Notes under the pieces: generated by a model
Seen by the model: only the letters and a program-made list of their open reading frames with translations
What the model was told of the DNA's origin: nothing
Database searches by the model: none
Shown: piece after piece, positions 1 to 11,256 of the stretch
Layout of the letters: every line of letters begins with the position of its first letter
Numbering within the stretch: the stretch's first letter is position 1
Made by a program: the position numbers and the translations under genes
Source of the DNA: Anolis carolinensis
Lineage: Eukaryota
Length of the DNA: 64,000 nt
Assembly (NCBI RefSeq): GCF_035594765.1
Contig: NW_026943820.1
Location: forward strand, 30,078,647 to 30,142,646
Direction of reading: 5' to 3'

Positions 1-264
1 TGTAAAATGTTACAGGATGGTCTCCCTCCCTCCCTTTGCACCCTCCTTCCCTCCCTCCCTCCCTCCCGCAAAAACAAAACTTTGGGCAGTTTGATAAACT
101 TTCCCCAGGCTTTGATGAGAGAACCCATGAGGAAATGGCATGGAGAAGTGAAACGAAGTTCCCAAGTCCATGCCAGAAGCGGGGGGGAAAGGCGAAACGC
201 GCGTTCAGAGGTGGCGCGGGGGTTGCCGTACACGTGTCTCCCTCTCAAGCCAGGTCTCTCTCAC

Positions 265-331
265 CTGCGACGGCGTGGATGGGCCAGAGCCAGGTGAGCG
301 CCACGACCAGGAGCGCCGCCCGGCCCCGCAT
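265..331 (-). CDS. Probable first coding exon (signal peptide MRGRAALLVVALTWLWPIHAVA-G) of a secreted protein, likely a chemokine of the CX3CL1/CCL22/CCL17 cluster; gene continues off the window
   Basis: GCC-ATG at 331-329; 67 nt encoding a hydrophobic signal peptide; phase-1 donor CAG|GTGAG at 265/264; CpG-rich context; divergent from PLLP, like the chemokine cluster in human 16q13. Confidence 0.6.
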
Positions 332-729
332 GGCGCTGCTGACCCTCCTCCGCCGGGGTCTCCCTCGCCTCCTTCCCTTCCTTCCTTCTTTCTTCTCTTC
401 TTCCTTCCTTCCCCGCGTCTCCTCCACCCCAGGACCCTCCCCGGACCCGCCTCTCTTTTCCAGGATGTCCTCCTCCTGGCAGGCAGGCAGGCAGGCACTC
501 CACGGGTCTCGCCTGGTCGCCGCAAAGGTTTTCCTTTCTCTTGGGAGAGTTGGCTCCTCTGACTCACCAGATATTACTCAACACAGTTGTGGCCTTTTGC
601 AGCCACACTTTCCATCACCTAGGGCTTGCTTTTGTCATCCTGGCTTCCCCAACAAGTCATGATGATAAAAAAGGATACATCCAGAGTTTGGTTTGTGCCA
701 TCATCATCATCATCATCATCATCATCACC

Positions 730-880
730 ACCACCTGTCAGTTGCAAAAGGCCACCCTACTCGGATCTGCACACATTCTTCACCGAGACTCACACAGTCC
801 TAGACACTTGGGAAGGGTCCGACGTGGGATCCAATACAACAGCCAGCAGAAGGATCTTGTTTGCTGTGGACTTGCGGTAT
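730..880 (+). mobile_element. 3' end of R4/Dong-like non-LTR retrotransposon
   Basis: Encodes CQLQKATLLGSAHIL, a C-terminal motif of REL-type LINEs; abuts a (CAT)n tract. Confidence 0.55.
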
Positions 881-886
881 ATATAT

Positions 887-1192
887 AGAGAGTCTCACTA
901 ATCCAAGCCTCTGGATTATCCAAGCCATTTTTGTAGTCAATGTTTTCAATATATCATGATATTTTGGTGCTAAATTCATAAATACAGTAATTACATCATA
1001 ACATTACTGCGTATTGAACTACCTTTTCTGTCCAATTTGTTATATAACAGGATGTTTTGGTGCTTAATTTGTAAAATCATAACCTAATTTGATGTTTAAT
1101 AGGCTTTTCCTTAATCCCTCCTTATTATCCAACATATTCGCTTATCCAAGCTTCTGCTGGCCCGTTTAGCTTGGATAAGTGAGACTCCACTG
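887..1192. mobile_element. Tc1/mariner-type MITE
   Basis: Degenerate CAGTAGAGTCTCACTTATCCAA-type TIRs; same family as 4421-4743. Confidence 0.7.
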
Positions 1193-1489
1193 TAGTTGTT
1201 CTTCTCCAGAAACATTGTTTTTTTTTTTTTGTGACACAAAGTATGTCCAAGTGTTGGTGTGGGGCTTGAGACTTCCCCAGAATCTATTCTTTAAGACAAG
1301 TTTGAAGGAAGGAGGCCCAACCCTCCCTTGATAATGGGAATTATGACTCAATGTGAAATTCACGGTGCACTTCCTGGTAGTTGTGTCTGTCTAGACTTGC
1401 TTCTTCTCCCACTTTCTCAATCTGAACTCTGGGACAAAGAACACGGGCGACTGCCGAGACCTGCAAAGAAGAAAACATCACGGCAAACA

Positions 1490-2325
1490 AGGGCCAAGGG
1501 CCATCTAGTCCAACCCCTTCTGCCATGCAGGAAAAGCACAATCAAAACACCCCCAACAGAAGAACTCTGTTTAAAGCTTCCAAGGAAGCTTCCTCTGTTT
1601 AAAGCTTCCAAGGAAGGAGCTTCTGCCACACTACGAGGCAGAGAGTTCCACTGTTGAACAGCTCGTACAGTCAGGAAACTCTTCCTCATATTCAGGTGGG
1701 ATCTCCTTTCCCGTCATTTGAACCCATGGCTCCATTGAGTCCTGGTTTCAAGGGCAGCAGAAAACAAGACATGTTCCTTCTTCCTTATGGCATCCTCTCA
1801 CATCTTTCTACATGGCTCTCATGTCTCAGCCTTCTCTTCTGAAGACTAAACAGACCCAGCTCTTTAAGATGCTCCTCAGAGGGATTATTTGTGGTCTCCA
1901 GATCTTGTAGGAAAAGCAGAATCAAAGCAAACACATGGCCATATGGCCTCCAAAGATGGAGCCTCCACTGGCTTCCTATTCCACTGCTGAACCGCTCTTA
2001 CGGTCAGGAAGTTCTTCCTCATGTTCAGGTGGGATCTCCTTCCCTGTCGTTTGAACCCATGGCTCCATTGAGTCCATTGAAACAATCCCCCCCTCTTCCT
2101 TCTGACACCCTTTCACATCCTTATCCATGGCTCTTCTCATGTCTCCTCTCAACCTTCTCTTCTGCAGGCCGAACATGCCAAGCTCTTTAAGACGCTCCTC
2201 AGAGGGATTCTTCATGGTTTCCAGACCTTTGACCATTTTAGTGGCCCTCTTCCTCTGGACACCTTCCAGCTTGGAGTCAATACCTCTTTTGAACTGTGAT
2301 GCCCAGAACTGGACACAGTAATAGG
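1490..2325 (-). mobile_element. Two degraded CR1 LINE 3' fragments
   Basis: Translations include [27 protein letters not shown] and [14 protein letters not shown]; homologous to the CR1 at 38501-40257. Confidence 0.8.
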
Positions 2326-2498
2326 CCAAAAGGCCACCTTACTGAGATCCGAACCCTCTTTATGGCACGCAACGAGTCACTTCTTTCCAAGGTGAAGAGG
2401 AGGATCCATCCTTTGGGTTCAGTCGATTAACCAATTACAGATCCGTCTAACAGTAGCCTTGCCTAGCCCACATTGGACGGGTTTGCTTGCAAGGTCAG

Positions 2499-2880
2499 GT
2501 CAGGTTGTGGCGCAGTTTGTTAGTAGCCCACTGCAATAAATCACTACTGACCAAGAAGTCATGATATCGAAGCCAGCCCGGGTCAGAATAAGCTCCCGAA
2601 CATTAATAGCCTAGCTTGCTGTTGAGCTAAGCAGCTCAAATGACAGCTGAATCCGTCAAGTAGGAAATTTATGTACTGCTTTATGCAGGGAGGCTAATTT
2701 AACTAATTTATGACACCATAAAAACTTCCAGCAGTGTGCAGAAGAATGAGGAAATACTACATCAAGGACTTGGTGTCATAAGTGGACGATGAAGCGGCAG
2801 CTCCCCCTGTGGCCGGAATTGAGCATACCCTCATGAAGCCGGAAGCTGGGAACATGTTAAATTGCCTCTGTGTCTGTCTA
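2499..2880 (+). mobile_element. tRNA-head SINE (anole SINE family 'B' in this window)
   Basis: A-box-like head TGGCGCAGTTTGTTAG; body recurs inverted at about 14810-15345 and 19985-20930. Confidence 0.7.
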
Positions 2881-3959
2881 TATATGTCGTTTGTCTAATG
2901 ACATTGAATGTTTGCCATGTGTATGTGCATTGTGATCTGCCCTGAGTCTCCTTTGGGGTGAGAAAGAAGGGTGGAATATTAATACTGTAAGTAAATAAAT
3001 AATTTTTTTAAAAGGGGGACCTTGTTTTTTTCCAGGTAGCATGTGCTCGGCCTCATTCTTTCTCTTGTGGAAACTTGTTTTTGCTTCCTGAGCCGAATCA
3101 ATAGCTCCCGGTGTGGCTTTATCTGCCCGTAAAGATAAACACTCCGGAGTTTGGACGTTAAGCCAAGATCAGGAGTTTGAGCCGATAAGCTCAGCAAAGA
3201 AGAAGCTCAAGATTCCCCTTGGAAGGAAACGGCTCCCGTGTGGGTGGGTCAGGGAACCTGTTCCGGGATTTAGTCTGAACTTCAAAGCACTCTCCAAGGA
3301 AGCAGTTGGAATCCCTTAGGGGTTTCCTGCAGGCTGGGGATGCTGGGAGTTGCAACTACTCCAGGATTAGGAGGCAATCGCATGGTTTTGCACCCTGTCC
3401 CGCACGGAGGAGGATTTTGGAACGGCTGATAATGAATCTTTGCACAATGTTGTCGCTTCTCAGTTAATCCTCGCGGGCAAAGAACAAGTCTCTTGCAAAC
3501 ACGATCCCAGCTTGAGTGAAATGTGTCCTTAGCTTTCATCCTATTTGAGCAAGAAAGTGCCCTGTTACTCTATTGCTTTGTTATTTGTTACCTTGTTAAT
3601 TGTAATTAAGCCCCGTATTTTCCTCCAGAGAGCTCAGCGGATTGCATCGTCGGCCATCCAGGTTCGTGAGTTTAACTTACATGGACTTCATTGTTTACAG
3701 ATTTGACTAATGTGCTCTCGTTAGCAACCTCCATCTCCTCCAGCTCTAGGGACAACCTAAAGTGGTGTCAAAGTGCTCTAATTCTGAAATGCGGATGGCC
3801 TCGAGCAGTACATCTCCACATAACCCACATTCCTGAGGAGCCACCAAAGCTCTCCTTCCAGTGACATTGCAGGTTATAGTGAGCACCCCATCCCAGAGTT
3901 CCTTTCTCTCTCCATTGGTGTGGAATTTGCATGGCCCCGCCCACTGCCTCTCCCATAAC

Positions 3960-4410
3960 CCTTTCCTATGGTGCACAGCAAACAGAGGAATTGCACCCAG
4001 CCAATGACGGATCTGGACTAAACTTGGCACACAAACATGGCCAACTGTGCATGCGGGCGGGGTTTAGGAGTGATTGCCCTTGGATCTGGGAGTTGTAGTT
4101 CACCCTTATCCAGGGAGCACTGAACCCAAGTGACCACGGATCTGGACCAAACTTGGCACACAGACCCAACATGGCCAGCTCTGAATACTGGTGTGGTTTG
4201 TGGTGATTGGCCCACGATTTTGGGAATTGCAGTTCACCCACGTCCTTATGTATTTTCTAATGGGAGCATTCATTAAAAAACAACAGGAAAGAGTGGTTTT
4301 TCTTCTTCTAAGAAATAGAGCTACACCTTACCAACAGATATGACCTCACACCCCAAAACAAACAATGCCTTTCCCAAATAACCCGGGCACCGCTGGATAC
4401 CCAAGCTAAT
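3960..4410 (+). mobile_element. Non-autonomous Helitron-like element
   Basis: Internal repeats GGATCTGGACYAAACTTGGCACACA; 3' GC-rich hairpin remnant ACCCGGGCACCGCTGGATAC followed by a CTAR-like end (4381-4410). Confidence 0.5.
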
Positions 4411-4420
4411 AATGAATATA

Positions 4421-4743
4421 CAGTAGAGTCTCACTTATCCAACATAAACGGCCCAACAGAACGTTGGATAAGCGAATATGTTGGATAATAAGGAGAGATT
4501 AAGAAAAAGCCTATTAAATATCAAATTAGGTTATGATTTTACAAATTAAGCACCAGAACATCATGTTATAAAACAAATTTGACAGAAAAAGTAGTTCAAT
4601 ACGCAGTAATGCTATGTAGTGATTACTGTATTTACAAATTTAGCACCAGAATATAATGATATATTGAAAACATTGACTACAAAAATGTGTTGGATAATCC
4701 AGAATGTTGGATAAGCGAGTGTTGGATAAGTGAGACTCTACTG
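4421..4743. mobile_element. Tc1/mariner-type MITE, complete
   Basis: TIR CAGTAGAGTCTCACTTATCCAAC at both ends, flanked by TA on both sides. Confidence 0.9.
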
Positions 4744-5415
4744 TAATTGTAAGCCGCCCTGAGTCCCTTTGGGTGAGAAGGGCGGGATAGAAATGATGGA
4801 AATAATAATAAAACAAATAAATAATTTGATGCTGCTTTCAGCTGCCAAGGCCCAATGCGATGGAATAATGGGAATTGCAGTCGGTGCGGAGCAAACCCCT
4901 TTGGAAGAGAAGGCGAACATTGGGTAAAACTCTAACTCTATGGCCATGAGCCCTGGCAGCGCGAGTAGTGTTCAGCCGCCTTCGATGGTAGGGATGCCCA
5001 CTGAGATTCTACTTGGATCCTATTCTCATGGAATTAGAAAAAGATCCTTCCAGAAGCCTTTGTGATTCAGAGAACACGTCGTATACTCAGAACCCGCTTT
5101 TAGAAGAAGTTTAGTTATTTCTCTTTTCCAGATGATGGAAGGAGGAAGCAAGGCCTTCTGCGCATCGAGTGTGGGTTGTGGGGGTCGAGAAGGGCCCCGT
5201 CCCGCATGAACGGTGGCTTATGTGCAACTAATATGGGATCAAGGAGGGAAAGGGGGTCATTATTTATTTCAAGAAATAACCCCGCATCATAATAATATTA
5301 TGATGTAATACAATGTAATAAGAATTATAATTCACTATTAAAATTGTATATTTATATTACATACAATATTGCTAATAATATTGCAATATAGTCGTAATAT
5401 AACATATTGTATGTA

Positions 5416-5650
5416 CAGTAGAGTCTCACTTATCCAAGCTAAACAGGCTGGCAGAAGCTTGGATAAGCGAATATCTTGGATAATAAGGAGGGATTAAGGA
5501 AAAGCCTATTAAACATCAAATTAGGTTAGGATTTTACAAATTAAGCACCAAAACATCATGTTATACAACAAATTTGACAGATAAAGTAGTTCAATATGCA
5601 GTAATGTTATGTTGTACAGTAGAGTCTCACTTAGATAAAGTACCACTTAG

Positions 5651-5683
<33 letters not shown>

Positions 5684-6022
5684 TACAGTAGAGTCTCACT
5701 TATCCAAAATTCGCTTATCCAACATTCGCTTATCCAATGTTCTGGATTATCCAACGCATTTTTGTAGTCAATGTTTTCAATACATCGTGATATTTTGGTG
5801 CTCAATTCGTAAATACAGTAATTACTTCATAGCATTACTGCGTATTGAACTACTTTTTCTGCCAAATTTGTTGTACAACATGATGTTTTGGTGCTTAATT
5901 TGTAAAATCATAACCTAATTTGATGTTTAATAGGCTTTTCCTTTATCCCTCCTTATTATTCAACATATTCACTTATCCAACATTCTGCCGGCTCGTTTAT
6001 GTTGGATAAGTAAGACTCTACT

Positions 6023-6023
<1 letters not shown>
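5416..6023. mobile_element. Cluster of the same MITE: partial copy 5416-~5612, lone TIR at 5617, complete copy 5686-6023
   Basis: Three CAGTAGAGTCTCACTTA starts, each after TA; closing TIR ends at 6023 followed by TA. Confidence 0.85.
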
Positions 6024-6062
<39 letters not shown>

Positions 6063-6139
6063 GTGTTCGACTTGTGATTCTGTGATACAAAATCCAGCAT
6101 ATATATCTCATTTGCTGTGTCATACTATGTCTTTGTGTC

Positions 6140-6191
<52 letters not shown>

Positions 6192-7118
6192 TTCTTATAA
6201 CCCGCCTCCATCTCCCCAAAGGGACTCGGGCCGTCTCACATGGGGACCAAGCCCTAAAAACATCAGTTTGATGTACAATTAAAACACAATACAGTGCAAT
6301 TTACAAGATTAAACATAGCGAAAACAATTATTTAAAACATCTTAAAGTGAACACAGCCATAAAAGTGGAACTGAAACGACAGCTTTCAGAAGTAAGGCTA
6401 CGGCCAAGAGTGCCTCTGAGGGCGTGCAGAAACCATTTATTGCAAGAAGGGGGAGGAGACTGAGGACAGTGGGGGATATCCCCCTGAAATTCCTCTTTCT
6501 CAAAAATACAGAGAGCGAGACTTTGACGACGGAGGAGGAAATCTGTTCTGCTTGGAGCAAAGCCACAAAGAAAGCCAAATTTCATTTTAATTTCTTCCTG
6601 GTGCATTCCACAGAAACCCAGTTCCACGGGAAGTGAATGGTATTTTCCCCCAGGCTGGAAAAGCAGGAACTGGGGTGTTTGTGGTGGTTCAAATCCAACC
6701 ACCTTTTTGCCTTTCGACCCTGGAGTTTCTTTTCCACCCGACTCACAATCAAGGAGACGTTTGGTGGGGAAAAACCCCGGCCAGGCCGTGACCACACTGG
6801 ACATTTATTGGCAGACTTTGGCATCGGTTCCTGGGCACAGAAAGAAATTCACCGAACTGAAAGTGAAGTTAAAGTATTTCTAAAGCAAAGACGAGAATAG
6901 CGTGTTCCAGGGAAGGTCCTCCCGAGAAGAATAGCCTGGCAGTTAGTTCCCTGTTCTGGCCAAGGAGAGGCCAGGCTTGACCTTTGCAACTGTTCCTGCA
7001 TCTGCACTGCCACGTAACCCAGATTATCCGCTTTGAAATGGATCATATGTCATGATCCACTGAACTGTCATATAATTCCGTTCAAAGCAGTGAAGAAGGG
7101 GTCTATTATTGACAACAC

Positions 7119-7170
<52 letters not shown>

Positions 7171-7175
<5 letters not shown>

Positions 7176-7327
7176 ATTACAATCTGTCAACTGCAAAAGG
7201 CCACCCAACTGGGATACGCACGCATCATCCGAAAATACATCACACAGTCCTAAACACTTGGGAAGTGTTCGACTTGTGGTTTTGTGATACGAAATCCAGC
7301 ATATCTATCTTGTTTGCTGTGTCATAA

Positions 7328-7376
<49 letters not shown>

Positions 7377-7476
7377 TCCGAAACTACATCACACAGTCCT
7401 AGACACTTGGGAAGTGTTTGACTTGTGATTCTGTAATATGAAATCCAGCATATCTATCTTGTTTGCTGTGTCATAA

Positions 7477-7527
<51 letters not shown>

Positions 7528-7620
7528 CATCACACAGTCCTAGACACTTGGGAAGTGTTCGACTTGTGATTTTGTGATACGAAATCCAGCATATCTATCT
7601 TGTTTGCTGTGTCATACAAT
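7171..7620 (+). mobile_element. Three tandem 5'-truncated R4/Dong-like 3' ends separated by (TAA)n
   Basis: First copy encodes KITICQLQKATQLGYARIIRKYITQS*; shared 3' UTR ACACTTGGGAAGTGTT...GTTTGCTGTGTCATA; copies are separated by (TAA)n. Confidence 0.65.
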
Positions 7621-8043
7621 ATAATAATAATAATAACTTTATTTATGCCCCGCCACCATCTCCCCATGGGGACTCGGGGCGGCTCACATGGGGCAAAGCC
7701 CAGTCAACATAGTTCACAGAAGTAACAATATACACAAGTGAAAACACAATAAAGGTAATAACACAAGAGTTAATACAACAATAATAATATCCATACAATT
7801 GCTAGTCCCATTGTCGGTGGGGGTCACAGTTTTTCTGGATGCAGGTGAACTATAACTCCCATAATTGGCTTCCAGCAACAGGAAATATAATAATAGTAAT
7901 AATAATAATAACTTTATTTTTATACCCCGCCTCTATCTCCCCAAAGGGGACTCAGGGCGGCTTACATGGGGCCAAGCCCGAATAAAAACAGTAGCAGTAT
8001 AAAACACAGCAATAGACAAAAACATGCACAATTAAAAAATTTG

Positions 8044-8245
8044 AAAGAAAGGACATTCCAGCTGAACATGAGGAAGAACTTCCTGACTGTGAGGGATGTT
8101 CAGCAGTGGAACTCTCTGCCTCGGAGTGAGCTGGAGGCTCCTTCTTTGGAGGTTTTGAAGCAGAGGCTGGATGGCCATCTGTCGGGGTGCTTTGAATGTG
8201 ATTTTCATGCTTCTTGGCAGAATGGGGATGGACTGGGTGGCCCAT
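8044..8245 (+). mobile_element. CR1 LINE 3' fragment
   Basis: Encodes [22 protein letters not shown]...[17 protein letters not shown]. Confidence 0.8.
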
Positions 8246-8358
8246 GATTTTATTGAGATAAGTTTTAATCTATGTTTTAATCTTTATTTATTGGATCGGG
8301 CTTGTCCCCATGTGAGCCGCCCTGAGTCCCTTTGGAGAGATGGAGGTGGGACATAAAA

Positions 8359-8415
<57 letters not shown>

Positions 8416-8811
8416 CTGTATTATTATACCACAACACATAAATTCTCCATTTTATGTTTCATTTGTCCTAATTATTTAACAAATTATATTGACTAGTGAA
8501 AAAAAATGCTGGATTTGCTCACTTTCCCCCTGTGGCTGGATCTGCACTGCATTATAATGCAGTTTGAAACTGCATTATATATGGCAGTGTAGATCCAAAT
8601 GTATGTTTCAGAGGAAGGGACTGTTTTAATCCACATCTGAAGGTTATTTACCTGTGAAATGCATGGCGTCATCATTTGTAGGTTGACAAACACGTTGGGA
8701 ACATACACACACACTATGCTGCATTGCATCTGGAATATAAGGGCACTAAGACCCAGAGCAGACCAAGTGGCCGACGCCCGCCTGCAAAAACAGGACTGCC
8801 TGGAACCCGAT

Positions 8812-8869
8812 TGCGCCTGCGCAGTGGCGCTTTCGAACGCTCTTCTGCCTGAGTCGGGAGCCAGCCAAT
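8812..8869 (+). promoter_or_regulatory. NRF1-like site and CCAAT box upstream of the tRNA gene
   Basis: TGCGCCTGCGCA at 8812-8823; AGCCAATC with CCAAT at 8865-8869; local CpG enrichment. Confidence 0.4.
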
Positions 8870-8875
8870 CAACCT

Positions 8876-8958
8876 GTCAGGATGGCCGAGCGGTCTAAGG
8901 CGCTGCGTTCAGGTCGCAGTCTCCCCTGGAGGCGTGGGTTCGAATCCCACTTCTGACA
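8876..8958 (+). tRNA. TRL-CAG: tRNA-Leu (anticodon CAG), intronless
   Basis: 83 nt GTCAGGATGGCCGAGCGGTCTAAGGCGCTGCGTTCAGGTCGCAGTCTCCCCTGGAGGCGTGGGTTCGAATCCCACTTCTGACA; A and B boxes, long variable arm, CAG anticodon. Confidence 0.98.
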
Positions 8959-8970
8959 ACAAGGTTCTCC

Positions 8971-8974
8971 TTTT
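8971..8974 (+). terminator. Pol III terminator (T4) of tRNA-Leu
   Basis: TTTT 12 nt after the tRNA 3' end. Confidence 0.7.
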
Positions 8975-9707
8975 GGTTCCACACCTTTTATTTGTATTTC
9001 TAAATATCATCAATTTTTCTGCTTCTCTCTGAAATGCTGGACACAAGGTCTATGGCTGGCAGAAACCTCAACAGCAGAAAGCTGGCATGAGGCATTTTAT
9101 CATTTGGAGTTAGAATAATAATAACAATAACAATAATAACAATAATAATTTGGAGTTAGCTTGGTTGCATTGTTTTGCATTCCCGAACAAGTGACCCCCC
9201 CCCCCCATTAAAAAAAGAATGACACCAAAATGACTGTCTACATTACAGCACCTTTGTGCAGTATATTCAGCAAAAATATATTAATTTATATAGAACTGTC
9301 CCTGCAGTCATGAGATAAAGATAAGGTAACCTTTACTTACCTGCATGCACTGCAGATGAATGAGACTGATGACCAGGCTCCTATTAAGCTATGCATTGCA
9401 TCTCATCTGCCTTAAGGATAGCTCTGTTCTCTGTATTTTGATACGTGTTTTAGAGAAATACATTGTAGTGTGTGTATTTATGGAATTTTTACAATGTTGG
9501 GGTGTTTTAATTATTCTGTAACCCACCCACCCCCAGAGCCACAAAATGCAATTATTATTAGTATTATTTTTATACCCCGCTTTATATCTCCTGAAAGAGA
9601 CTCAGAACAGCTATGTACCTATTATTAATATTATAATTATTATAATTATAATTATTATTATGTTTATACCCCACTTTATCTCTCCCAAAGGAGACTCAGA
9701 GCAGCTA

Positions 9708-10125
9708 CCGTGTTTCCCCGAAAATAAGACAGTGTCTTATATTAATTTTTGCTCCCAAAGATGCTCTAGGTCTTATTTTCAGGGGATGTCTTTTTTTTCC
9801 ATGAAGAAGAATTCACATTTATTGTTGAACAAAAAAATGAACATTATATACTGTATGTACAGTAGTTGTCATCACAACCAGCATAATCAGACAAACTGTG
9901 AATCCTCTCAAGAATTTCTTGTTACTGCCATTATTTCCATGTACATCAATCTATGGTACGTACATTTACCAAACCTGCATGCTCTAGTATTCTGTTCGTT
10001 GGGCATGCTTCCAAACACAAACGATGCTAGGTCTTATTTTCGGGGGAGGCCTTATATTTAGCAATTCAGCAAAACCTCTACTAGGTCTTATTTTCTGAGG
10101 ATGTCTTATTTTAGGGGAAACAGGG
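9708..10125. mobile_element. Tc2/pogo-like MITE
   Basis: TIRs CCGTGTTTCCCCGAAAATAAGAC / GTCTTATTTTAGGGGAAACAGGG, with TA on both sides. Confidence 0.8.
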
Positions 10126-10580
10126 TATGTATCTATTATTGATATTATAATTTATTATTATTATTGTTGTTATTATTATTATCATCATCATGGGATGGAG
10201 TAAGGCTGCATCTCCACGTGTCCTGCATGTGCATATGGTTTGACACATTCTTTATCCTTCTAAAGTTACCTTAAGGAGGGTCTGCTTTGGGCAAACTCCT
10301 CAAATGGTGAAGCAAAGGGTACCTACACACAATAGACAGCACCATGTAACAAAATGTAAATAATGTTCTGTTCCTGGTGTGAAAGGGTTATTTCCTGCTG
10401 AGTCGTGCCATCCTGACTCCAGAAACTTTGTTTTTGTGGCTGCGGGAAACTAGGCTCTACAAAGTAGATGCAGCCAAAGGACACAAGGTGGCGCTCTCTC
10501 TCTGTCTCCTCTCGCAGTGGAAGAGCAGGATTGCAGAGTTGTGTTTTCTGGGCTGTCTGGCCGTGTTCCAGAAGCATTCT

Positions 10581-10625
10581 CTCCTGACGTTTCGCCCACA
10601 TCTATGGCAGGCATCCTCAGAGGTT
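10581..10625 (-). ncRNA. Minimal type-I hammerhead ribozyme motif in a Penelope-like element end (best-preserved copy)
   Basis: Minus strand reads CCU-CUGAGGA-U-GCCUGC-CAUAGAU-GUGGGC-GAAAC-GUC-AGG: intact core boxes, stem II, 3-bp stem I and palindromic ACGU stem III. Confidence 0.7.
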
Positions 10626-10987
10626 GTGAGATACCTCCCGCCCGGATCCACAGCCGTTTCTCTAGGCATCAAAGGGCAGAACTTTTCACAGATTTAACTG
10701 TGTTCATTTTATGCAATTCTATCTTTATTTGTAATCAATGTTTTCAATACATTGAGATGTTTTAGTGCTAAATACAATAATTACTGTATAATTACTACAT
10801 AACGTTACTGTGTATTGAACTGCTCCTTTCTGTCAATTTGTTGTAAAACATGATGTTTTGGTGCTTAATTTGTAAAATCATAATTTGGCATTTAGCAGGC
10901 TTTTCCGTAATTCCTCCTTATTATCCAACGTTTTCGCTTATCCAACGTTCTGCCATCCCATTTATGTTGGATAAGTGAGACTCTACT

Positions 10988-11256
10988 TTTTTTTTGTGTC
11001 AGGAGCAACCAGAGTTGCTTCTGGAGTAAGAGAATTGGCTGTCTGCAAGGACGTTGCCCAGGGGACTTTGCCCAGATGTTTTGATGTTTTACCATCCTTG
11101 TGGGAGGCTTCTCTCATGTCCCCGCATGGAGCTGGAGCTGACAGAGGGAGCTCATCCGCGCTCTCCCTGGGTGGGATTCGAACCTGGCAGCCTTCAGGTC
11201 AGCAACCCAACCTTCAAGTCACAAGGCTTTTATCCCCTAGGCCACCGGAGGCTCTG
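10988..11256 (-). mobile_element. tRNA-head SINE (family 'A') inserted in a MITE TIR
   Basis: Poly-A tail (T run from 10987), B-box GGTTCGAATCC, 14-bp TSD AGTGAGACTCTACT at 10974-10987 and 11257-11270. Confidence 0.85.

Noticed and set aside
7-662. Several 100-200 aa overlapping ORFs at the window start
   Set aside because: GC-rich, low-complexity promoter sequence lacking stops by chance; only the 67-nt signal-peptide exon is supported.
7118-7635. Repeat-spacer pattern superficially like a CRISPR array
   Set aside because: Eukaryotic DNA; the units are LINE 3' ends and the spacers are (TAA)n microsatellites.
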